A stretch of DNA of 28,738 nucleotides from Utricularia gibba (Eukaryota; Plantae; Magnoliophyta). Under the pieces are notes generated by a model. It was not told the DNA's origin. It did no database searches and saw only the letters and a program-made list of their open reading frames with translations. This document shows, one piece after another, positions 23,001 through 28,738 of the stretch (position 1 is the first letter of the stretch; every line of letters starts with the position of its first letter). Location: assembly GCA_002189035.1 (NCBI GenBank), contig NEEC01000334.1, positions 1 to 28,738 on the forward strand. The letters are read 5' to 3'. Made by a program: the position numbers and the translations under genes.

Positions 23001-23794
23001 TTAATAAATGCATCAAGTTTTTTGCCGAGCTACAAATGACTATGGGCCCGAGCTCGACTCGACCTCCTACTCGATACCGTTGCCCACGAGAGCCCCTTAT
23101 CAAATATAAAGCATGCGGTTGAGAAAACCATTTTGGGTGCTCATGATATCCTAACTTCAATAACTGCATCACGATTTTCGTCGAGTAGGACCCGATGTGG
23201 CAAAGGAGTCAGACCGAACCTTGGTCAGAACGAAGTTCCAAAAGACATCACCCGCCCAGAAACGACAAGCTTTTCCTTGAGAAACATGTAGGCAGCCTAT
23301 TAAAACCAACGTTAATAAATGCATCAATTTTTTTGCGGCTACAAATGACTCTGGGCGAGCTCGACTCGACCTGCTCGATACGTTGCCCACGAGAGCGCCT
23401 CCTCAAATATAAAGCATGCGGTTGAGAAAACCATTTTGGGTGCTCATGAAATCCTAACTTCAATAACTGCATCACGATTTTCGTCGAGTAGGACCCGATT
23501 TGGCAAAGGAGACAGACCGAACCTTGGGTCAGAACGAAGTTCACAAACATCACCCGCCCAAAAACGACAAGCTTTTCCTTGAGAAACCATTGAGGCAGCC
23601 TATTAAAACCAACCGTTAATAAATGCATCAAGTTTTTTGCGAGCTACAAATGACTATGGGCCCGAGCTCGACTCGACCTCTGCTCGATACCGTTGCCCCA
23701 CGAGAGCCTTATCAAATATAAAGCATGCGGTTGAGAAAACCATTTTGGGTGCTCATGAAATCCTAACTTCAATAACTGCATCACGATTTTCGTC
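20094..23794 (+). repeat. Tandem duplication of a 6-monomer unit (V-W-W'-Y-X-Y), ~1.86 kb
   Basis: Rare variants recur at the same offset: GATATCC at 20676 and 22528, GGGTCCGAACG in both second monomers, and GAGCCCCTTATC with CCTACTCG in both fourth monomers. Confidence 0.7.
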
Positions 23795-24723
23795 GAGTAG
23801 GACCCGATGTGGCAAAGGAGTCAGACCGAACCTTGGTCAGAACGAAGTTCCAAAAGACATCACCGCCCAGAAACGACAAGCTTTTCCTTGAGAAACTATG
23901 TAGGCAGCCTAATAAAGCCGAACGTTAATAAATGCATCAATTTTTTTGCCGGGCTACAAATGACTCTGGGCCGAGCTCGACTCGACCTCCTGCTCGATAC
24001 CGTTGCCCCACGAGAGTGCCTTATCAAATATAAAGCATGCGGTTGAGAAAACCATTTTGGGTGCTCATGAAATCCTAACTTCAATAACTGCATCACGATT
24101 TTCGTCGAGTAGGACCCGATGTGGCAAAGGAGACAGACCGAACCTTGGGTCAGAACGAAGTTCACAACGACATCACCCGCCCAAAAACGACAAGCTTTTC
24201 CTTGAGAAAACTATGTAGGCGCCTATTAAAACCAAACGTTAATAATGCATCAAGTTTTTTGCCGAGCTACAAATGACTGGGCCCGAGCTCGACTCGACTC
24301 CTGCTCGATACCGTTGCCCACGAGAGCCTTCAAATATAAAGCATGCGGTTGAGAAAACCATTTTGGGTGCTCATGACATCCTAACTTCAATAACTGCATC
24401 ACGATTTTCGTCGAGTAGGACCCGATGTGGCAAAGGAGTCAGACAGAACCTTGGGTCAGAACGAAGTTCCCAACGACATCACCCGCCAGAAACGACAAGC
24501 TTTTCCTTGAGAAACTATGTAGGCAGCCTAATAAACCGAACGTTAATAAATGCATCAATTTTTTGCCGAGCTACAAATGACTCTGGGCCGAGCTCGACTC
24601 GACCTCCTGCTCGATACCGTTGCCCCACGAGAGTGCCTTATCAAATATAAAGCATGCGGTTGAGAAAACCATTTTGGGTGCTCATGAAATCCTAACTTCA
24701 ATAACTGCATCACGATTTTCGTC

Positions 24724-27176
24724 GAGTAGGACCCGATGTGGCAAAGGAGTCAGACCGAACCTTGGTCAGAACGAAGTTCCAAAAGACATCACCCGCCAGA
24801 AACGACAAGCTTTTCCTTGAGAAACTATGTAGGCAGCCTAATAAAGCCGAACGTTAATAAATGCATCAATTTTTTGCGGCTAAAATGACTCTGGGCGAGC
24901 TCGACTCGACCTGCTCGATACCGTGCCCCACGAGAGCGCCTTATCAAATATAAAGCATGCGGTTGAGAAAACCATTTTGGGTGCTCATGAAATCCTAACT
25001 TCAATAACTGCATCACGATTTTCGTCGAGTAGGACCAGATTGGCAAAGGAGTCAGACCGAACCTTGGGTCAGAACGAAGTTCCAACGACATCACCCGCCA
25101 AAAACGACAAGCTTTTCCTTGAGAAAACCATTAGGCAGCCTATTAAAACCAACCGTTAATAAATGCATCAAGTTTTTTGCCGAGCTACAAATGACTATGG
25201 GCCCGAGCTCGACTCGACCTCCTACTCGATACCGTTGCCCCACGAGAGCACCTTATCAAATATAAAGCATGCGGTTGAGAAAACCATTTTGGGTGCTCAT
25301 GAATCCTAACTTCAATAACTGCATCACGATTTTCGTCGAGTAGGACCCGATGTGGCAAAGGAGTCAGAGACCGAACCTTGGGTCAGAACGAAGTTCCAAC
25401 GACATCACCGCCAAAAACGACAAGCTTTTCCTTGAGAAACATGTAGGCGCTATTAAAACCCAACGTTAATAATGCATCAAGTTTTTTGCCGAGCTACAAA
25501 TGACTATGGGCCCGAGCTCGACTCGACCTCCTGCTCGATACCGTTGCCCACGAGAGCCTTATCAAATATAAAGCATGCGGTTGAGAAAACCATTTTGGGT
25601 GCTCATGAATCCTAACTTCAATAACTGCATCACGATTTTCGTCGAGTAGGACCCGATGTGGCAAAGGAGTCAGACCGAACCTTGGGTCAGAACGAAGTTC
25701 CCAACGACATCACCCGCCAGAAACGACAAGCTTTTCCTTGAGAAACTATGTAGGCAGCCTAATAAACCAACGTTAATAAATGCATCAATTTTTTTGCCGG
25801 CTACAAATGACTCTGGCCCGAGCTCGACTCGACCTCTGCTCGATACCGTTGCCCCACGAGAGCGCCTCCTCAAATATAAAGCATGCGGTTGAGAAAACCA
25901 TTTTGGGTGCTCATGAATCCTAACTTCAATAACTGCATCACGATTTTCGTCGAGTAGGACCCGATGTGGCAAAGGAGTCAGACCGAACCTTGGTCAGAAC
26001 GAAGTTCCAAAAGACATCACCGCCCAGAAACGACAAAGCTTTTCCTTGAGAAACCATGTAGGCAGCCTATTAAAACCAACGTTAATAAATGCATCAATTT
26101 TTTTGAGGCTACAAATGACTCTGGGCCGAGCTCGACTCGACTCCGATACCGTTGCCCCACGAGCGCCTCCTAAATATAAAGCATGCGGTTGAGAAAACAT
26201 TTTGGGTGCTCATGAAATCCTAACTTCAATAACTGCATCACGATTTTCGTCGAGTAGGACCCGATGTGGCAAAGGAGTCAGACCGAACCTTGGTCAGAAC
26301 GAAGTTCACAACGACATCACCCGCCCAAAAACGACAAGCTTTTCCTTGAGAAACCATGTAGGCAGCCTATTAAAACCAACGTTAATAAATGCATCAAGTT
26401 TTTTGCCGAGCTACAAATGACTATGGGCCCGAGCTCGACTCGACCTCCTGCTCGATACCGTTGCCCCACGAGAGCGCCTTATCAAATATAAAGCATGCGG
26501 TTGAGAAAACCATTTTGGGTGCTCATGATCCTAACTTCAATAACTGCATCACGATTTTCGTCGAGTAGGACCGATGTGGCAAAGGGAAGACCGAACCTTG
26601 GGTCAGAACGAAGTTCCAACGACATCACCGCCAAAAACGACAAGCTTTTCCTTGAGAAACAATGTAGGGCTATTAAAACCCAACGTTAATAATGCATCAA
26701 GTTTTTTGCCGAGCTACAAATGACTATGGGCCCGAGCTCGACTCGACCTCCTGCTCGATACCGTTGCCCCACGAGAGCGCCTTATCAAATATAAAGCATG
26801 CGGTTGAGAAAACCATTTTGGGTGCTCATGACATCCTAACTTCAATAACTGCATCACGATTTTCGTCGAGTAGGACCGATGTGGCAAAGGAGTCAGACCG
26901 AACCTTGGTCAGAACGAAGTTCCCAACGACATCACCCGCCAGAAACGACAAGCTTTTCCTTGAGAAACTATGTAGGCAGCCTAATAAAGCCGAACGTTAA
27001 TAAATGCATCAATTTTTTTGCCGGGCTACAAATGACTCTGGGCCGAGCTCGACTCGACCTCCTTCGATACCGTTGCCCCACGAGAGTGCCTTATCAAATA
27101 TAAAGCATGCGGTTGAGAAAACCATTTTGGGTGCTCATGAAATCCTAACTTCAATAACTGCATCACGATTTTCGTC
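24724..27176 (+). repeat. Tetrameric higher-order block (X-Y-V-W)x2
   Basis: Monomers starting 24724 and 25952 (spacing 1228) carry CCAAAAGAC. Third monomers carry AATAATGC and GTAGG(C)GCT. Fourth monomers carry CCCAACG, ACTATG and CCTAATAAA. Confidence 0.7.
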
Positions 27177-28738
27177 GAGTAGGACCCGATGTGGCAAAGG
27201 AGTCAGACCGAACCTTGGGTCAGAACGAAGTTCACAACGACATCACCCGCCAAAAACGACAAGCTTTTCCTTGAGAAAACCATGTAGGCAGCCTATTAAA
27301 ACCAACGTTAATAAATGCATCAAGTTTTTTGCCGAGCTAAAATGACTATGGGCCCGAGCTCGACTCGACCTCCTGCTCGATACCGTTGCCCCACGAGAGC
27401 GCCTCCTCAAATATAAAGCATGCGGTTGAGAAAACCATTTTGGGTGCTCATGACATCCTAACTTCAATAACTGCATCACGATTTTCGTCGAGTAGGACCC
27501 GATGTGGCAAAGGAGTCAGACAGAACCTTGGGTCAGAACGAAGTTCCCAACGACATCACCGCCCGAAACGACAAGCTTTTCCTTGAGAAACTATGTAGGC
27601 AGCCTAATAAACCAACGTTAATAAATGCATCAATTTTTTGCGGGCTACAAATGACTCTGGGCCCGAGCTCGACTCGACCTCCTGCTCGATACCGTTGCCC
27701 ACGAGAGCGCCTCCTCAAATATAAAGCATGCGGTTGAGAAAACCATTTTGGGTGCTCATGACATCCTAACTTCAATAACTGCATCACGATTTTCGTCGAG
27801 TAGGACCCGATGTGGCAAAGGAGTCAGACAGAACCTTGGTCCGAACGAAGTTCCCAACGACATCACCCGCCAAAAAACGACAAGCTTTTCCTTGAGAAAC
27901 TATGTAGGCAGCCTAATAAAGCCGAACGTTAATAAATGCATCAATTTTTTTTGCCGGCTACAAATGACTCTGGGCCCGAGCTCGACTCGACCTCCTGCTC
28001 GATACCGTTGCCCCACGAGAGTGCCTTATCAAATATAAAGCATGCGGTTGAGAAAACCATTTTGGGTGCTCATGAAATCCTAACTTCAATAACTGCATCA
28101 CGATTTTCGTCGAGTAGGACCCGATGTGGCAAAGGAGTCAGACCGAACCTTGGTCAGAACGAAGTTCACAACGACATCACCCGCCCAAAACGACAAGCTT
28201 TTCCTTGAGAAAACAATGTAGGCGCTATTAAAACCAACGTTAATAAATGCATCAAGTTTTTTGCCGAGCTACAAATGACTATGGGCCCGAGCTCGACTCG
28301 ACCTCCTGCTCGATACCGTTGCCCCACGAGAGCGCTCCTCAAATATAAAGCATGCGGTTGAGAAAACCATTTTGGGTGCTCATGAATCCTAACTTCAATA
28401 ACTGCATCACGATTTTCGTCGAGTAGGACCCGATGTGGCAAAGGAGTCAGACAGAACCTTGGGTCAGAACGAAGTTCCAACGACATCACCCGCCCAGAAA
28501 CGACAAGCTTTTCCTTGAGAAACTATGTAGGCAGCCTAATAACCGAACGTTAATAAATGCATCAATTTTTTGCGGGCTACAAATGACTCTGGGCCGAGCT
28601 CGACTCGACCTCCTGCTCGATACCGTTGCCCCACGAGAGCGCCTCCTCAAATATAAAGCATGCGGTTGAGAAAACCATTTTGGGTGCTCATGAATCCTAA
28701 CTTCAATAACTGCATCACGATTTTCGTCGAGTAGGACC

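Larger units (their letters stand above)
1..28738 (+). repeat. Tandem satellite DNA array, ~308-315 bp monomer, 93 complete copies plus partial ends, single orientation; runs off both window edges
   Basis: Marker GAGTAGGACC counted 94 times (136, 441, 746, 1053 ... 28421, 28729); (28729-136)/93 = ~307.5 bp. The motifs GCATGCG(G/A)TTGA, GGGTGCTCATGA and ACGACAAGCTTT recur once per unit. No non-repeat sequence seen. Confidence 0.99.

Noticed and set aside
178-28669. The many 60-174 aa ORFs on both strands
   Set aside because: They are the same few peptide fragments (e.g. ILTSITASRFSSSR, GQRYRAGGRVELG) read in shifting frames of the repeat. Frames break at random indels and no domain is recognisable. 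They are not supported as genes.
103-28738. CRISPR-like array with a 43-bp constant repeat
   Set aside because: The intervening ~265 bp are near-identical to each other rather than unique 25-45 bp spacers, and there is no leader or cas gene.
1-28738. Rolling-circle concatemer of a viroid-like or minicircle molecule, or a hammerhead-bearing satellite
   Set aside because: Ordered multi-monomer variant patterns with local duplications do not fit copying of one circle. No CTGANGA hammerhead core was found on either strand (nearest are CTGACTC and CTGACCC on the minus strand), and no rod-like self-complementarity is evident.

Overview
The whole 28.7 kb is one uninterrupted head-to-tail tandem satellite array. 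I found no genes, RNA genes, mobile elements, inversions or unique sequence, and all listed ORFs are by-products of the repeat. By hand count the marker GAGTAGGACC occurs 94 times (136 to 28729). That gives 93 full monomers averaging about 307.5 bp, with the longest at 314-315 bp and about 47% GC. The structure is hierarchical. Each ~315-bp monomer is an old dimer of two ~156-158-bp halves. Monomers fall into recurrent variant types (called X, Y, V, W here) arranged as 2-mers, 4-mers and one tandem 6-mer. A 43-bp box is almost invariant. Many recurrent transitions sit in CG or CHG context, which suggests a methylated land-plant genome (inference). Missing bases fall mainly on polymorphic columns, which looks like a consensus artefact from mixed repeat copies, so fine monomer detail should be treated cautiously. 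I do not recognise the satellite family and see no support for a novel protein-coding system.
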